Shown here in pieces: positions 1 to 10,935 of a stretch of 64,000 nt of DNA. Origin of the DNA: Vicinamibacteraceae bacterium. GTDB taxonomy: Bacteria > Acidobacteriota > Vicinamibacteria > Vicinamibacterales > Vicinamibacteraceae. The notes under the pieces are model-generated. The model searched no databases and was not told where the DNA came from. It saw nothing but the letters and a program-made list of their open reading frames with translations. Within the stretch, counting starts at the first letter, position 1, and each line of letters opens with the position of its first letter. The DNA is taken from the NCBI GenBank assembly GCA_963759795.1, contig CAVXAR010000009.1, positions 449,123 through 513,122 on the forward strand, given 5' to 3'. The position numbers and the translations under genes are program-made.

Positions 1-1694
1 TCGCCGACCTTCAGCATGTCGATCGATCGCATCCGCGTCGCGATCAGCGACTGATGCGCATCGCGCATCGTCGTGTCGGTGATCAGCAGCGGCTGCTGGT
101 CGCGGATCCAGGCGGCAAAGCCCTCCGGACCGAGTTCTCGCAGGCGATCGCGCGACCCCGGCGCGATGCCGGCCTTGAGGTCGAACGCCGGCACGCGGGC
201 CGCAGGCAGGACCTCGGGCGGCCGGTAACCCTTGGCGGTCGGGTTGCCGTTGACGGTCACGTCGCTCAGGTACGCGAGCAGCCGGGTGGCCCGGTCGCGA
301 CGCGGCTGGAACTTGAACAGGTCCGGATTGGTGTCGATCAGCCGCGTGGTGGCCTTGCCGGCGCGGAACGTCTCGTCGAGGACGACGTTCTCGAGAAACG
401 GGATGTTGGTCTTGACGCCACGGATGCGGAACTCGCGCAGGGCGCGGTGCAGGCGCTGCAGGGCGATGTCGAAGCGCGGACCCGAGGCGGTCAGCTTGAC
501 CAGCATCGAGTCGTAGAAGGGCGTCACCACCGAGCCGGCATCGCCCGTGGCAGCGTCCAGCCGGATGCCGAAGCCGGCGGCCGACCGGTAGTTGATGATC
601 TTGCCGTAATCGGGCGCGAAGCCGTTGGCCGGGTCCTCGGTGGTGATGCGGGCCTGGACCGCATAGCCGTTGCGCGGGATGTCGGCCTGCGCCGGCACGT
701 CCACCTCGTGGCTGAACAGGGCGTGGCCCTGGGCGATGAGGATCTGCGAGCGTACGAGATCGATGCCGGTGATGACCTCGGTCACCGTGTGTTCGACCTG
801 GATGCGGGGGTTCATCTCGATGAAGAACCACGCTTTCGCGTCCATGTCGTACAGGAACTCGACGGTGCCGGCGTTGTTGTAGCCGACCGCCTTGGCAAGG
901 CGGACCGAGGCGTCGCAGAGCTCCTGGCGCACGGTGTCGTCGAGGCCGACCGACGGGGCGATCTCGATGACCTTCTGATGGCGGCGCTGCACCGAGCAGT
1001 CGCGCTCGTGCAGGTGGACGATGTTGCCGTGGCGGTCGCCGAGGATCTGCACCTCGATGTGCTTGGCGCGCGGGAGGAAGCGCTCGAGGAAGACGGCCGG
1101 GTTGCCAAAGGCCTTGCCGGCCTCGCTCTGCGCCTGATCGAGCAGGCCGTCGAGCTCGGACTCCTGCTGCACGACGCGCATGCCGCGGCCGCCGCCGCCG
1201 AAGGCTGCCTTGATGATCAGCGGGAAGCCGATGGTCCGGGCGATGCGGCGCGCCTCGTCGCGATCGGCGACGGGCTCTTCGGTGCCGGGCAGCGTCGGCA
1301 CGTCCACCGAGTGGGCGAGGGCGCGGGCCGACACCTTGTCGCCCATCGTGTCGAGCATCTCGGGGTCGGGGCCGATGAAGGTCAGTCCCGCGTCGCGGCA
1401 CGCCCGGGCGAAGTCGGCGTTCTCGGAGAGGAAGCCGTAGCCCGGGTGGATCAGGGACACGCCCTTTTCTTTGGCGAGGTGAACGATGCCCTCGATGTCG
1501 AGATAGGCGCCGACCGGGCCCTTCTCCTTGCGGAGACGGTAGGCCTCGTCGGCCTTGAAGCGGTGCCGCGAGAAGCGATCTTCGTCAGCGTAGACGGCAA
1601 CGGTGCGCAGGCCGAGTTCGGTGGCGGCGCGAAAGATCCGGATGGCGATTTCGCCCCGGTTCACGGCCATCAGTTTAGGGGGGGTCACGGGCAT
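1..1694 (-). CDS. pyc: pyruvate carboxylase, N-terminal part (biotin carboxylase domain plus start of carboxyltransferase domain). The gene runs off the window edge, which is why it is absent from the ORF track.
   Basis: Minus-strand translation reads MPVTPPKLMAVNRGEIAIRIFRAATELG...KAAFGGGGRGMRVV...EMNPRIQVEHTVTE...LITDTTMRDAHQSLIATRMR. These are classic biotin carboxylase motifs followed by the pyruvate carboxylase transferase-domain motif. The overlapping plus-strand ORF 54..1787 is R/G/A-rich antisense. Confidence 0.85.
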   Translation of the reverse strand, partial: MPVTPPKLMAVNRGEIAIRIFRAATELGLRTVAVYADEDRFSRHRFKADEAYRLRKEKGPVGAYLDIEGIVHLAKEKGVSLIHPGYGFLSENADFARACRDAGLTFIGPDPEMLDTMGDKVSARALAHSVDVPTLPGTEEPVADRDEARRIARTIGFPLIIKAAFGGGGRGMRVVQQESELDGLLDQAQSEAGKAFGNPAVFLERFLPRAKHIEVQILGDRHGNIVHLHERDCSVQRRHQKVIEIAPSVGLDDTVRQELCDASVRLAKAVGYNNAGTVEFLYDMDAKAWFFIEMNPRIQVEHTVTEVITGIDLVRSQILIAQGHALFSHEVDVPAQADIPRNGYAVQARITTEDPANGFAPDYGKIINYRSAAGFGIRLDAATGDAGSVVTPFYDSMLVKLTASGPRFDIALQRLHRALREFRIRGVKTNIPFLENVVLDETFRAGKATTRLIDTNPDLFKFQPRRDRATRLLAYLSDVTVNGNPTAKGYRPPEVLPAARVPAFDLKAGIAPGSRDRLRELGPEGFAAWIRDQQPLLITDTTMRDAHQSLIATRMRSIDMLKVG

Positions 1695-1875
1695 CGGGTA
1701 CTCGGTGGCGGGCAGTCCGCGCCACGGCTGGCCGCCGACCCGCGTCGCAGGGACCGAGGTGCGCGCAAGGGAAGGCGTGCCGCGTAGGACCTGAATCGGA
1801 TTCGGACGGACGTGAAACTGGCGGGGCGGGCCGACGGTGCCCCGGCGACGATTCTACTGCGCCGGCGCGCTCGGG

Positions 1876-2094
1876 CTACTGCTCGCTCGCGTACGACTCG
1901 AGGTAGCCGCACGCCGGGCACCGATACGACGTGATCTGCACCTGTCGCTTCCCCTGAGTCTTCGTGCCCGTCCAGACGCTCTTCTCTGGCCGCCCTTCCA
2001 CCCATTTGCTCGGGCTGACGCTGCCGTACCCTTCGTCGCCGATGAAGCCCTGCTCCATGCTGCCGTGGCATTTCGGGCACTGATGTGCGGTCAT
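1876..2094 (-). CDS. small zinc-ribbon protein (CPKC...CPAC)
   Basis: 72 aa ORF with two CxxC pairs and coding-like codon bias. No further homology recognised. Confidence 0.45.
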   Translation of the reverse strand: MTAHQCPKCHGSMEQGFIGDEGYGSVSPSKWVEGRPEKSVWTGTKTQGKRQVQITSYRCPACGYLESYASEQ

Positions 2095-2211
2095 GGCCCG
2101 AGCTTACAACGGGTCGTCGCCCATCGTCTCGTGCCCGGCGATCGAAGGCCCGCCGGGCCCGGGTCGCCGGCGGTCTCGGTTCTCACCTGGCAAGCGCTAG
2201 CGGCCGGTGAC

Positions 2212-3066
2212 TCAGGCGACCTGGGTGCCGCAGCGGTGGCAGAACCTGGCGTCGTCGGCGTGGACGGCCGCACCGCACGACGCGCAGTGGCGAGACAGCT
2301 CGGCTGACGACAGGCGGCGCGACGTCATCTCTGCGGTCACGATCCCGGTGGGGACGGCGAGGATGCCCCAGCCCAGCAGCATCACGACGCTCGACACGGC
2401 CCGCCCGAGGTTGGTCTGCGGGGCGATGTCGCCAAAGCCCACCGTCGTCATCGTGGTGATGGCCCAGTAGATCGCCACGGGGATGCTCGTGAAGCCGCTG
2501 TCGGGGCCTTCGACCACGTACATCACCGTGCCGAGCACCACGACGACCATCGCGACGACCGAGAGAAAGACGGCGATCTTCCGGCGGCTGGCGCGCAGCG
2601 ATTCGCCAAGGCTCGAGAACTCACGGACGTACTCGGTGAGCTTGAGGATGCGGAACGCGCGCAGCATCCGGAGGATGCGGATGTCGATCAACACGTGCAG
2701 ACCGGGCACAGCCATGGCCAGGTACATCGGCAGCACCGATGCCAGGTCGACCAGTCCGAAAAAACTGGTGGCGTAGCGCAGCGGACGCTGCACACACGCC
2801 AGCCGCGCGAGGTACTCCGCGGTGAAGAGCAGTGTGAAGGTCCATTCGAGCGTGAGCAACAACGTCGCGTGCCTGGTCGCGATGGGCCGCACCGACTCGA
2901 ACATCACGACCAACACGCTGGCGACGACAATCACCAGCAGCGCCACGTCGAAGCGGCGGCCCGCCGTCGTGTCCGACTCGAAGATGACGGCAAACCACCG
3001 GCGTCGCCAGCCGGCGGCCGGACGACCGAACTGCACAGCCTCGGGCGACGGGGACGGCTCGATCAC
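2212..3066 (-). CDS. ion-transport family K+ channel (TVGFGD selectivity filter) with a C-terminal zinc-ribbon tail
   Basis: Six-TM-like hydrophobic segments, a voltage-sensor-like RILRMLRAFRILK segment, a pore TTMTTVGFGD, and a C-terminal CASCG...CHRCG. Confidence 0.85.
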   Translation of the reverse strand: MIEPSPSPEAVQFGRPAAGWRRRWFAVIFESDTTAGRRFDVALLVIVVASVLVVMFESVRPIATRHATLLLTLEWTFTLLFTAEYLARLACVQRPLRYATSFFGLVDLASVLPMYLAMAVPGLHVLIDIRILRMLRAFRILKLTEYVREFSSLGESLRASRRKIAVFLSVVAMVVVVLGTVMYVVEGPDSGFTSIPVAIYWAITTMTTVGFGDIAPQTNLGRAVSSVVMLLGWGILAVPTGIVTAEMTSRRLSSAELSRHCASCGAAVHADDARFCHRCGTQVA

Positions 3067-3195
3067 GCATGGATCTTACGGTGTCGGCCGTGTGTGACGG
3101 GCCAGAGACTGATCAGCGGGGCGGCAGGCGCGTCGCGTGCCCCTCGACTCCCTCTGGATGCAGTGCCAAGATGGCGCTGTCGAGACTCCGATCAC

Positions 3196-3975
3196 ATGAC
3201 ACCTTCATCAGCACACACCTTTGCGAGCTACCCCAGCCTTCGCGATGCCAGCGTCCTCGTGACGGGCGGGGCGTCCGGCATCGGCATGGAGATCGTCCGC
3301 GCGTTTGCCGGGCAGGGCTCACGCGTCGCGTTCCTGGACTTCGACGTCGAGCACGGGGAGATGCTCGCGGCCGAACTGCAGGCCGGTGGCGGCCAGGTGC
3401 GCTTCGAGCCGTGCGACCTCCGCGACGTCGATGCCCTCCGCCGGGCCACCTCTGCGGTCGCGGAGGCTCACGGTGCGGCACGCGTGCTGGTGAACAACGC
3501 CGCACGCGACGACCGTCACCGGTGGGAGGACGTCACGCCGGAGTTCTACGACGAGCGCATCGCGACGAACCTCCGGCACATGTTCTTCGCGATCCAGGCG
3601 GTCGCCCCCGGCATGATCGCCGCCGGCGGCGGCTCGATCATCAATCTGGGGTCGGACTCGTGGTGGCGCGCCGGCGGCGGGTTCCCCGTCTACACCACGG
3701 CCAAGGCCGCCGTGCATGGTCTCACCCGCGGCATGGCCCGCGACCTCGGGCCGCACCGGATCCGCGTCAACACGCTGGTGCCCGGATGGACGATGACCGA
3801 GCGGCAGCAGCGACTGTGGGTCACGCCGGGCGGCATGGCTGCGCAGCTCGCGGCGCAGTGCCTGCCCGATCCCATCGCGCCGGTGTACGTCGCGCGGATG
3901 GCGCTGTTTCTGGCCTCCGACGACGCCGCGATGTGCACCGCGAACAACTACATGGTGGAAGCGGGGTCGATCTAG
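3196..3975 (+). CDS. SDR family NAD(P)-dependent oxidoreductase
   Basis: TGGASGIG Rossmann motif, NNAA, catalytic Y-x3-K (YTTAKAA). Start chosen at internal ATG 3196; the upstream part of ORF 2695..3975 is antisense-like. Confidence 0.85.
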   Translation: MTPSSAHTFASYPSLRDASVLVTGGASGIGMEIVRAFAGQGSRVAFLDFDVEHGEMLAAELQAGGGQVRFEPCDLRDVDALRRATSAVAEAHGAARVLVNNAARDDRHRWEDVTPEFYDERIATNLRHMFFAIQAVAPGMIAAGGGSIINLGSDSWWRAGGGFPVYTTAKAAVHGLTRGMARDLGPHRIRVNTLVPGWTMTERQQRLWVTPGGMAAQLAAQCLPDPIAPVYVARMALFLASDDAAMCTANNYMVEAGSI

Positions 3976-5240
3976 GCCTCGGTTGCCGGGCCCTTCGGAA
4001 GCCGCAGCACGAACATCTGCCGCGTCCCATCGGCGGCGATTCCCGGCACCACGATCGCATCACTCGCCCGGTTCCAGGCTGGCGCGGGGTCGAGCCGCAG
4101 TGGCCCGCCGTTCCAGTTCGCCAGATAGATCGGCGGCGACTTCAGCACCCGTTTGGTCGCCAGTTGAAGAAACGTGTAGATGTGATGTTCGCCCTCACGG
4201 TGACCGTTGACAAACCACTTGCCGTCCGGGCTGAGCGCGACATCGCCTTCAGGGTTCGGAAAGCGTTCTCGCCCGCCCCACGACTCGGCAATCGCCTTCC
4301 GCTCGACGTCGTAGACGACCTGCTCACCGTTCGCGGAACCGATGATCCGCGGGCCGATTGCCCATTCCGGATGCCCGCCGACGAAGGTGTCGTGTCGCGT
4401 CAGGCCGGTGCCGTCTGGCCGGACGGTGAACGGCGAGTTGGTTCGCCTGCCGAGCTCCTGACTCTCGAAGTTCGCCCGAGCGAAGAAGTAGATGAGATTG
4501 CTGTCGCGGTTGTTGAGGGTGTGATTGATGAACAACTGAGACCCGTCGATCTTCGGATCCAGGTCGCGGACTGCCTCGCGCAGGTCAGCAAACGACACGA
4601 TCAGCGACTTCCGGCCCGTCGCGATGTCGATACGAAAGATGCCGTCATCTTTCGGGGCGGCCACGCCAACGGTCCAGTCCCAGGTGTCCGGGTAGCCGGT
4701 GACCGGGCGCAGGCGGGCCATGCGGGCATAGTTGATGGCCGTGAAGAACTCGCCACTTGGCGCGACCCCACCGTTGCCGACCGGCGTATCGTCGTAGCGG
4801 AATTCGCGGAGACGCCTGCCCTTGCCGCCCTCCGCGGAGATGTCGTAGAGGACGGTGAAGACTTTGTTGGTTCGGGGATCGCGGTCGTTGAAGAAGAACT
4901 GCGTCTGCGGATGACGGGGATGCCAGTACAACATCGTCCCCTGCTGCGGGTTCCAGGCCAACGTCCGGTCGACCACCCTGACTGCATTGTCATTGTGCGT
5001 GTCGATCAGGCAGATGTTGGCGGCGTCCCCAGCCCTCGGCATCCGCTCCTGGAACGTCGTCTCGAGCGCGAGGATGTAGCGGCCGTCGCCGCTCCAGGGG
5101 ATTGTTTTGCTCTGGCCGATGTACCCGAAGAAATGATGTGCCGGCCCGTGCGTCAGTTGGGTGACGCGGATGACCGAATCGTTGGCGAACGGCTGGGCGG
5201 CCACGACCAGCGCCAGCATGACGAGACCTCGCCAGACCAT
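3972..5240 (-). CDS. secreted hypothetical protein, beta-propeller-like
   Basis: Signal-peptide-like start MVWRGLVMLALVVAAQP at internal ATG 5240. Repeated PDG/SPDG motifs. Function not recognised. Confidence 0.55.
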   Translation of the reverse strand: MVWRGLVMLALVVAAQPFANDSVIRVTQLTHGPAHHFFGYIGQSKTIPWSGDGRYILALETTFQERMPRAGDAANICLIDTHNDNAVRVVDRTLAWNPQQGTMLYWHPRHPQTQFFFNDRDPRTNKVFTVLYDISAEGGKGRRLREFRYDDTPVGNGGVAPSGEFFTAINYARMARLRPVTGYPDTWDWTVGVAAPKDDGIFRIDIATGRKSLIVSFADLREAVRDLDPKIDGSQLFINHTLNNRDSNLIYFFARANFESQELGRRTNSPFTVRPDGTGLTRHDTFVGGHPEWAIGPRIIGSANGEQVVYDVERKAIAESWGGRERFPNPEGDVALSPDGKWFVNGHREGEHHIYTFLQLATKRVLKSPPIYLANWNGGPLRLDPAPAWNRASDAIVVPGIAADGTRQMFVLRLPKGPATEA

Positions 5241-5345
5241 ACGTCGTTCTCCTCCAGCAACGCCCGCTGACCCATCTCGTGCGCCGGGCAAGCCGACGCA
5301 TTCTGACACGACCGAAGAGCGCGGCATGGCAGGATCGGGTGCGTC

Positions 5346-5786
5346 ATGCCCTCCGGCTACTCCGGCACCCCGCTGATCAAGAAGCTCGGCATCGCGCCCG
5401 CGGCGCGTGTGCTCGCCGTGCATCCGCCGGACGACTACCGGGCGCTGCTCGGCGATCTTCCCTCCGATGTCACGTTCGTCAGGGGCGTCGGTGACGGGCC
5501 GACGCTGGTGCACGTCTTCGTCAGCCGACGGCACGACCTGGAGGCGCACCTCGTGCGGATGCGCGACGCGCTCCAGCCCGATGTGCCGGTATGGGTGTCG
5601 TGGCCCAAGAAAGCCTCGAAGGTCTCGACCGACGTCACCGAGGACGTCGTCCGCGCTGTCGCCCTGCCGCTCGGATTCGTCGACGTGAAGGTGTGCGCCG
5701 TGAGCGACGTGTGGTCCGGCCTGAAGCTGGTCGTCCGCCTCGCGCTGCGGAAGCCGCGCCGCGCCTCACCAGACACGGTCGCTTAG
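5346..5786 (+). CDS. DUF3052-like hypothetical protein
   Basis: 146 aa ORF with coding-like composition, immediately upstream of htpG. Confidence 0.6.
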   Translation: MPSGYSGTPLIKKLGIAPAARVLAVHPPDDYRALLGDLPSDVTFVRGVGDGPTLVHVFVSRRHDLEAHLVRMRDALQPDVPVWVSWPKKASKVSTDVTEDVVRAVALPLGFVDVKVCAVSDVWSGLKLVVRLALRKPRRASPDTVA

Positions 5787-5799
5787 AATGGAAGACACG

Positions 5800-7741
5800 C
5801 ATGTCAGACACGTCAACCAAAGAAACGCTCGGATTCCAGGCTGAAGTCTCGCAGCTGCTGCACCTGATGATTCACTCCTTGTACGGCAACAAGGAGATCT
5901 TCCTGCGCGAGCTCGTCTCGAACGCCTCGGATGCCGCCGACAAGCTGCGCTTCGAGGCGATGAGTGATCCCGCGCTGTTCGAAGACGACCGGGAACTTCG
6001 CATCCGCGTCTCGTACGACGCCGAGGCGCGAACGATCACGGTGTCCGACAACGGCATCGGCATGTCGCGGCAGGACGTGGTCGACAGCATCGGCACCATC
6101 GCCAGGTCGGGCACACGTGAGTTCCTCGCGCAGCTGTCTGCCGACCGCGCCAAGGAAGCTCAGCTGATCGGACAGTTCGGTGTCGGCTTCTACTCCGCCT
6201 TCATCGTCGCCGACCGTGTGACGCTGGTGACCCGTCGGGCCGGACTGACAGCCGAGCACGGCGTCCGCTGGGAGAGCACGGGAGAAGGCAGCTACACGCT
6301 GGAAGCCGTCGACAAGGCCACGCGCGGAACCGACGTCGTCCTGCACCTGCGGCCGGACGAGGACGAGCTGCTGTCGGGCCATCGGCTGCGGGAGATTCTG
6401 CGCAAGTACTCCGACCACATCGCGATCCCCATCCTGATGAAGGGGGAGCGGTGGGACAACGAGGCCAAGGCCCAGCTGGTCACCGACGACGACGAACAGG
6501 TCAACCGCGCGTCTGCGCTCTGGGCCCGGCCCAAGAGCGAGATCACCGAGGAGCAGTACCACGAGCTGTACAAGCACGTGGCCCACGACGTGGACCCGCC
6601 GCTCGCCTACACGCACGCCAAGGTCGAGGGGCGCCAGGAGTTCACGGCACTGCTCTACGTGCCGTCGCGGGCGCCGTTCGACCTGTGGGATCGCGAACAT
6701 CGACGCGGGGTGAAGCTCTACGTGCGCCGCGTGTTCATCATGGACGACGCCGAGCAGCTGATGCCGGCCTACCTGCGGTTCGTGCGCGGCGTCGTGGATT
6801 CGAGCGACCTGCCGCTCAACGTGTCACGGGAGATCCTGCAGCAGTCCAAGGACGTGCAGGCGATACGGTCGGCCGCCACCAAGCGGGTGTTGGCCATGCT
6901 CGAAGACCTGGCTGAGAAAGACACGCCCAGATACGAGACGTTCTGGAAGACGTTCGGCCGGGTGTTGAAGGAAGGCCTTCCCGAGGATCACGCCAACCGG
7001 GAGCGATTGGCCAAGCTGCTGCGGTTCTCGTCCACGCATCTGCCGGGCGACGAGCAGTCCGTCTCGCTGGCCGATTACGTCGGTCGGATGAAGGACGGTC
7101 AGACGGCTATCTACTACATCACCGCCGACGGGCACGCCGCTGCCCGTCACAGCCCGCATCTCGAGATCTTCGGCAAGCTCGGGGTGGAGGTGCTGCTGCT
7201 GCACGAACGCATCGACGAATGGGTGGCCTCGTCGCTGCACGAGTTCGACGGCAAGCCCTTGCAGTCGGCGGCGGCCAAGGACCTCGATCTCAGTCACATC
7301 GGCGGCGAAGAGCCGACGCCTGAGGACCCCGAGTCGTCGGGCGACCATGCGCTGCTGCTCGAGCGTATGCAGGCGGCGCTGGCAGAGCGGGCAAGCGCCG
7401 TGCAGGTGACATCGCGGCTGACCGAATCGCCGGCGTGCCTGGTCAGCAGCCGCGACGGCCTCAGCACCAACCTCGAGCGCCTGATGAAGGCGGCCGGCCA
7501 GGCGATGCCGGAGTCCAAGCCGATCCTCGAGGTCAACGCCGCACACCCACTGGTCCGGCGGCTGAGTGCCGAGACCGACCCGGTCAGGTTCAATGACTGG
7601 TGCCAGATCATCTTCGATCAGGCCACGCTTGCCGAGGGTGGGCAGATCGAGGATCCGGCGGCGTTCGTCAAGCGGCTGAACGAGCTGATGCTGGCCCTGG
7701 CTGGCGCCGGGCCATCGCGGATCTGGACGCCCGGCGACTGA
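5800..7741 (+). CDS. htpG: molecular chaperone HtpG (Hsp90)
   Basis: [45 protein letters not shown] plus [11 protein letters not shown]. Full-length and intact. Confidence 0.95.
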
Positions 7742-7806
7742 GGCAGACCAGCGGCGTGCCGGCGCGCATCCAGAACCCGTGAGGCGTGTGGCTGGCGCCC
7801 CCACTT

Positions 7807-8259
7807 TTATGGGGGCGGGATGCGCGTGGCGTGCCAGGCCACCATCACCCAGGCGTCGGCGCGACGATGCCAGATCGCGGTGAAGCGAAGGTGCGTGCGA
7901 CTGGTGCCGGTGGTCACCTGTGCCTCCGACCGCGCGGTGCCGCGGATGACGGCCGTGTCTCCGTACAGGCGGACCGAGAGATCGGCAGGCTGGAACGAGG
8001 TGTACCGGGTGCGCCCGCTCCTGAGCGGCTCGAGATACGTGGCCTTGGAATCCACCCGGCCACTGGAGTGGGTGTAGACCAGGTCGTCGGCGAGCAGCGC
8101 CTCGAGCGTGGGGACGTCTCCGGCCACGAGCGCCTGCCCGCGCCGCCCCTCGGCTGCCCGGACCGCGGCTTCGGCGTCGGCCGCCCCTGAGGCCACGCCC
8201 TGGACCGGCCCGGTCACTGCCAGGAGTGCCGCGAGCAGCCCACCGATGACGCCGCTCAT
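7807..8259 (-). CDS. secreted NTF2-like (SnoaL/DUF4440-type) protein
   Basis: Signal peptide MSGVIGGLLAALLAVTGPVQGVASG. Its start overlaps the stop of the upstream enolase-family gene by 4 nt (ATGA). Confidence 0.65.
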   Translation of the reverse strand: MSGVIGGLLAALLAVTGPVQGVASGAADAEAAVRAAEGRRGQALVAGDVPTLEALLADDLVYTHSSGRVDSKATYLEPLRSGRTRYTSFQPADLSVRLYGDTAVIRGTARSEAQVTTGTSRTHLRFTAIWHRRADAWVMVAWHATRIPPP

Positions 8260-9596
8260 GCGCCGCCCACCGTGACCTTCGCCAGCGCCGCCTCGTTCCA
8301 GTCGATGCCAAAGCCTGGTCCCTCGGGCACCACGGCGGTGCCCTGTTCCAGCCGCAGCGGCGTGCGCACGAGGACGTTGCCGAGCGGGCCGGTCAGCTTG
8401 TGGCCACCCTCCATGATCACGCAGTTGGGCGTGGCCACGGCCAGGTGCAGGGACGCCGAGAAGTACAGGATCGTGCCCGTGCTGACATGCGGGCTCCACG
8501 GCACGTTGAAGGCTTCCGCCAGGGCCGCGATGCGCTGGCACTCGGTGATGCCGCCGGCCCGGCAGACATCCGGGTTGATGATGTCTGCGCCGCGGCTGGT
8601 CAGCAGGTCACGGATCTGGAAGCGGTTATTGAGCATCTCTCCGGCGCACACCGGCGTTTCCAGGGCCTCCGCCAGTTTGGGATAGCTGGCCTGATCGTCG
8701 GGCAGCAGCGCATCCTCGAACCAGCCGACGTTGCCGAGGCGGTCGAAGCGACGCCCCGCCTGGATCGCCTCGTAAAGCTTGAACGCGCCGAGCGAGTCGA
8801 CGGCGACCTGTCCCTGCCGGCCCATGGCCTCGGAGACGGCCGACACGCGGTCGATGTCTTCGCTGCCCTTGCCCTTGCGGTAGCCCATCTTCACCATCTG
8901 CATGCCGGAAGCCTGCGCGGCACGTGCGTCGGCCACGAGCGCGTCCACCGTGGCGCCGCTGATGCCGCGGTACAGGGGCTGTGCGGCGCGGTAGCGACCG
9001 CCGAGCAGCTGATACACGGGCAGACCGACCGCCTTGCCGAGCAGGTCCCACAGCGCGAGGTCGACGCCAGCCAGTGCTTCGAGCTGCACGCCCGTCGAGT
9101 AACCGCGGACGCGCTCGGTGGTGAACAGACGCTCCCACAGCGCGTTGATGCGGCGCGCGTCCTGGCCTCGGAGCAGCGGAGCAAAGAGGTCGGTGATGAC
9201 GCGCTGGTGCATGCGCGGCGCCGACGGCGCGTGGCACTCACCCCAGCCGACCAAGCCGGAGTCGGTGGTGATCTTGACCAGCACGGCCTGCTCGAAGCCC
9301 TTGAATCGGGTCGGACTGGCGTGGTCGAGACGGTTCCAGAGCCCGACACCACCCGTCAGGTCTCCCGCGGGAGGAAGCTCCAGCGGCTCGTCGAAGCCAA
9401 CCGCTTTTGGCGGGTTGCGAATGATCAGCGGCTCGACGCTGCGGATGACGAGAGGCTGCGTCGCGTCGAGGCGGTCCTGACGATCGCGCGTCGCCTGCGC
9501 CATCGCGGGGAGGGGGGTGGCAGCGGCCGCGGCGAATGCCGCTCCCAGCCAGCCGCGTCGCGAGATGGAGTGCGCACCCGGCACGTGGGAGTGCAT
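8256..9596 (-). CDS. enolase-superfamily (mandelate racemase/muconate lactonizing enzyme) protein with Tat-type signal
   Basis: N-terminal SRRGWLGAAFAAAAATPLPAMA. MR/MLE N- and C-terminal domain motifs (VKITTDSGLVGWGE, KMGYRKG, AGEMLNN, NPDVCRAGGITE). Confidence 0.85.
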   Translation of the reverse strand: MHSHVPGAHSISRRGWLGAAFAAAAATPLPAMAQATRDRQDRLDATQPLVIRSVEPLIIRNPPKAVGFDEPLELPPAGDLTGGVGLWNRLDHASPTRFKGFEQAVLVKITTDSGLVGWGECHAPSAPRMHQRVITDLFAPLLRGQDARRINALWERLFTTERVRGYSTGVQLEALAGVDLALWDLLGKAVGLPVYQLLGGRYRAAQPLYRGISGATVDALVADARAAQASGMQMVKMGYRKGKGSEDIDRVSAVSEAMGRQGQVAVDSLGAFKLYEAIQAGRRFDRLGNVGWFEDALLPDDQASYPKLAEALETPVCAGEMLNNRFQIRDLLTSRGADIINPDVCRAGGITECQRIAALAEAFNVPWSPHVSTGTILYFSASLHLAVATPNCVIMEGGHKLTGPLGNVLVRTPLRLEQGTAVVPEGPGFGIDWNEAALAKVTVGGA

Positions 9597-9599
9597 CGA

Positions 9600-10935
9600 T
9601 CAGCCCTCTACCCGTACGGCGGCCAGTGCCCGCTCGTCGAAGACCACGCCGAGGCCGGGACGCTGCGGCACGGAGGCAAGGCCCGGCTTGATGTCGAGGG
9701 CGTGCTGGAGCAGGCGGTTGCCGAATGGGCCGTCCTGCTTGTTGCCGTCGTAGAGCTCCATCATGGCGCAGTTGGGCGAAGAGACTGCAAGGTGCATCGA
9801 GGCGGCCATGTAGGGCGCCGAGCCGGTGCTGACATGCGGCGCCCAGAGCGCGCCGAACACGTCGGCAATCCACGCGATGCGACGCACTTCGGTGATACCG
9901 CCGGCGCGACCGACGTCGGGGTTGATGATGTCGGCGCCGCCGTTCATGAGGAGGTCGCGGAACTGGTGACGCGTGGACAGCATCTCGCCGGCGCAGATCG
10001 CCGTGTCCACCGCCGTCGCCAGTTCCGGGTAGCGCGGCAGATCATCGGGCAGCAGGGCATCCTCGAACCAGGCGATGTTGCCGATCCTGTCGAGTTCCCG
10101 ACCGACTCGCACGGCCTCGTTGAAGGTGAAGGCGCCGAGCGCGTCCACGGCAACCTGAGCGTCTTGGCGCGATGGCGTCAGCGACCTCGGCGACTACGGC
10201 CAGGGCCTGGGTGCCCGGGCCGCTGCGCAGCGCCATCTTCAGCACGGTGAAGCCGGACGCGACCATCTGCCGTGCGCGCTCGACGACCTGGGCGCCGCGA
10301 TCGCGACCAGTGTAGGTGCCAGAGAACGTCGCGTACGTCGGGATGGAGGTGCGGTACGCGCCACCCAGCAACTGATACACGGGCACACCGGCAAACTGGC
10401 CCAGGATGTCCCACAGCGCCAGGTCCACGCCCGCGATGGCCTCGAGGTGCGCACCGCTCATGTAGCCGCGCACGCGCTCACTCTGGAACATGCGCTGCCA
10501 GAGCGCGTCCACCTGGCGCGCATCCTGCCCCACGAGCAGTGGCGCCAGCAGATCGGAGACGACCCGCGCCTGGATCCGCGGCGCCACCGGCGCGTGGCAC
10601 TCGCCCCAGCCGATCAGTCCGGCGTTGGTTGTCACCTTGACGAGGGTCGCCTGCTCGATGCCCGGCGTCCGCGACGGGCTGGCGTGATCGAGGCGCCGCC
10701 AGACGCCGTACCCCTCGGTGACCGCGCCGACATCGCCAAGACTGACCGGGCCGGCTGCGCTGGTCCCCGGTCCCGGCGCGCGAATGACGATGGGCTCGAT
10801 GGCAGTGATGGTGAGCGCGCCGGAGCCGCGCATGGCCCGGACGACCGACGGCTGCGCGGCAAGCGGGGTGACGTCGGCGATCAGGGCACCGGCAGCCAGC
10901 GAGGCCCGACCGAGAAAGGTGCGGCGAGGCAGCAT
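9600..10935 (-). CDS. second enolase-superfamily (MR/MLE) paralog with Tat-type signal; single frameshift near 10175-10185
   Basis: MLPRRTFLGRASLAAGALIA...VKVTTNAGLIGWGE in frame 1 continues as QDAQVAVDALGAFTFNEAV... in another frame (ORFs 10042..11835 C-terminal part plus 9600..10148). The start ATG overlaps the TBDR stop (ATGA). Confidence 0.75.

Noticed and set aside
54-1787. 577 aa plus-strand ORF
   Set aside because: Antisense to the clearly recognisable pyruvate carboxylase on the minus strand. The translation is R/G/A/D-rich with no motifs.
3069-5270. 733 aa plus-strand ORF
   Set aside because: Arg-rich low-complexity translation overlapping the SDR gene and antisense to the secreted protein 3972..5240. 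A GC-rich antisense artefact.
5813-8311. Minus-strand ORFs 5813..6700 (295 aa) and 6824..8311 (495 aa)
   Set aside because: Both are antisense to intact htpG. No domain-like sequence.
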